A stretch of DNA of 63,798 nt, the filler included, from Octopus bimaculoides (taxonomy: Eukaryota): assembly GCF_001194135.2 (NCBI RefSeq). It is 5 parts of 4 records of this genome, joined end to end, with 100 filler letters (N's around TTAATTAATTAA, not from the genome) between each part and the next. Parts side by side here need not be neighbours in the genome. Positions count along the whole stretch, not along the records: positions 48,876 to 63,798 come from NC_068996.1; 4 more parts are not named here. One strand, written 5' to 3'. The notes beneath the pieces are model-generated. The model had not been told where the DNA came from, searched no databases, and saw only the letters and a program-made list of their open reading frames with translations. Positions 62,894 through 63,798 of the stretch are shown piece after piece. Every line of letters starts with the position of its first letter. Within the stretch, counting starts at the first letter, position 1. Made by a program: the position numbers and the translations under genes.

Positions 62894-63092
62894 TGTCTCC
62901 CCCTCATAAACATAAGGACACAGAAAATGTGTCAAGGCCGACAGGAAGCGGTGCAGCTTCCTAGAACTAAATAACAGTAGTATGATTCCCTTATTGGGAC
63001 TGTCATGTTAAGTTGACAGTATACAACTACTTTATTGTATCACTACTGCTTAAGTCTCTCTGAGAGATTTAGAATTGTATCATTTCTAATTT
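62894..63092 (+). repeat. Second (partial, diverged) direct copy of 60915-61110
   Basis: ccctcataaacataaggacacagaaaatgtgtcaaggccgacaggaagcggtgcagc...gagagatttagaa. Confidence 0.9.
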
Positions 63093-63165
63093 ATATATAT
63101 ATATATTGATAGGAAGGACAACAAAAGAAAGAAAGAGCCCTTGATATTATGTAAATAGAGGAATT

Positions 63166-63622
63166 TATCTGTAAAAATATGTGACACTTATTCGGTAGCC
63201 ATGATAAAACTCCGAGTTTCGGATGCCAGGGTGGGAGCCCACGCCAACATCTTTTCAGTTATCCGGCCATTGAAAATTCCTGCGAAAAATGACCTTTAAA
63301 CAAAGGGAAATTACTGTGTTTAAAGTGAGGGTGGTTTTAGTATATAAATATAGGCGAATGTACGGATTGGTGCACTTACACGAACCTATAGACTTCTCTA
63401 CTCACTTACTTTTACCCCCTCCCCTTACTTAGCGGTCTATTAGCTCTTTTGTCTTAATGACGGTCACCATACAGTTATTTCCCTTTGTTTAAAGGTCATT
63501 TTTCACAGGAATTTTCAATGGCCGGATGACTGAAGAGATGTTGGCATGGGCTCCCACCCTGGCATCCGAAACTTGGAGTTTTATCATGGCTACCGAATAA
63601 GTGTCGCATATTTTTACAGATA
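63166..63622. mobile_element. 457-bp fold-back element with about 150-bp inverted arms, each carrying a hammerhead-like motif
   Basis: Arms 63166-~63320 and ~63470-63622, high identity; TA at both ends; motifs at 63203-63263 (-) and 63525-63585 (+). Confidence 0.8.
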
Positions 63623-63798
63623 TATTAGATATATATATATATATATATATATATAAACAAATAATAAATGAGTATATGCATATATACGTACAGGTATGTG
63701 CATACCTGCGTCTACCTGTATATATAGGTGCATATCTGGGTACAGGACATTGCAAACAAAACGTAGACAAGAAAATAATAATAAACAGAGTACAGAAA

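Overview
Repeat-saturated, gap-rich eukaryotic genomic DNA, most likely octopus (inferred from the SINE/LINE families and the AT/CA/TAA/TACA microsatellite load). The only recognisable host gene is the 5' coding part of kynurenine 3-monooxygenase (KMO/cinnabar) on the minus strand: two canonical GT-AG exons (29169-29238 and 26778-26965) encoding 86 aa. The ATG exon and all downstream exons could not be found. The rest is intronic/intergenic and holds dozens of tRNA-derived SINEs, RTE, R4/Dong-like and Tx1-like LINE fragments, Penelope-like remnants, a Chapaev3-like and a hAT transposase relic, two mariner derivatives, MITE/fold-back palindromes, a solo LTR with TSD, an initiator-tRNA pseudogene and a tRNA-Tyr half. 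The most notable signal is a set of six minimal hammerhead-ribozyme-like motifs in Penelope/retrozyme-like fold-back repeats. One sits in a TSD-flanked tRNA-headed composite. Another has a complete ORF1-only Tx1-like retroelement (16-bp TSD) inserted 2 nt upstream of its CTGATGA core. Most long ORFs in the supplied track are artefacts of N-gaps or microsatellites. Family names come from motif recall, not database searches, and most repeat boundaries are approximate.
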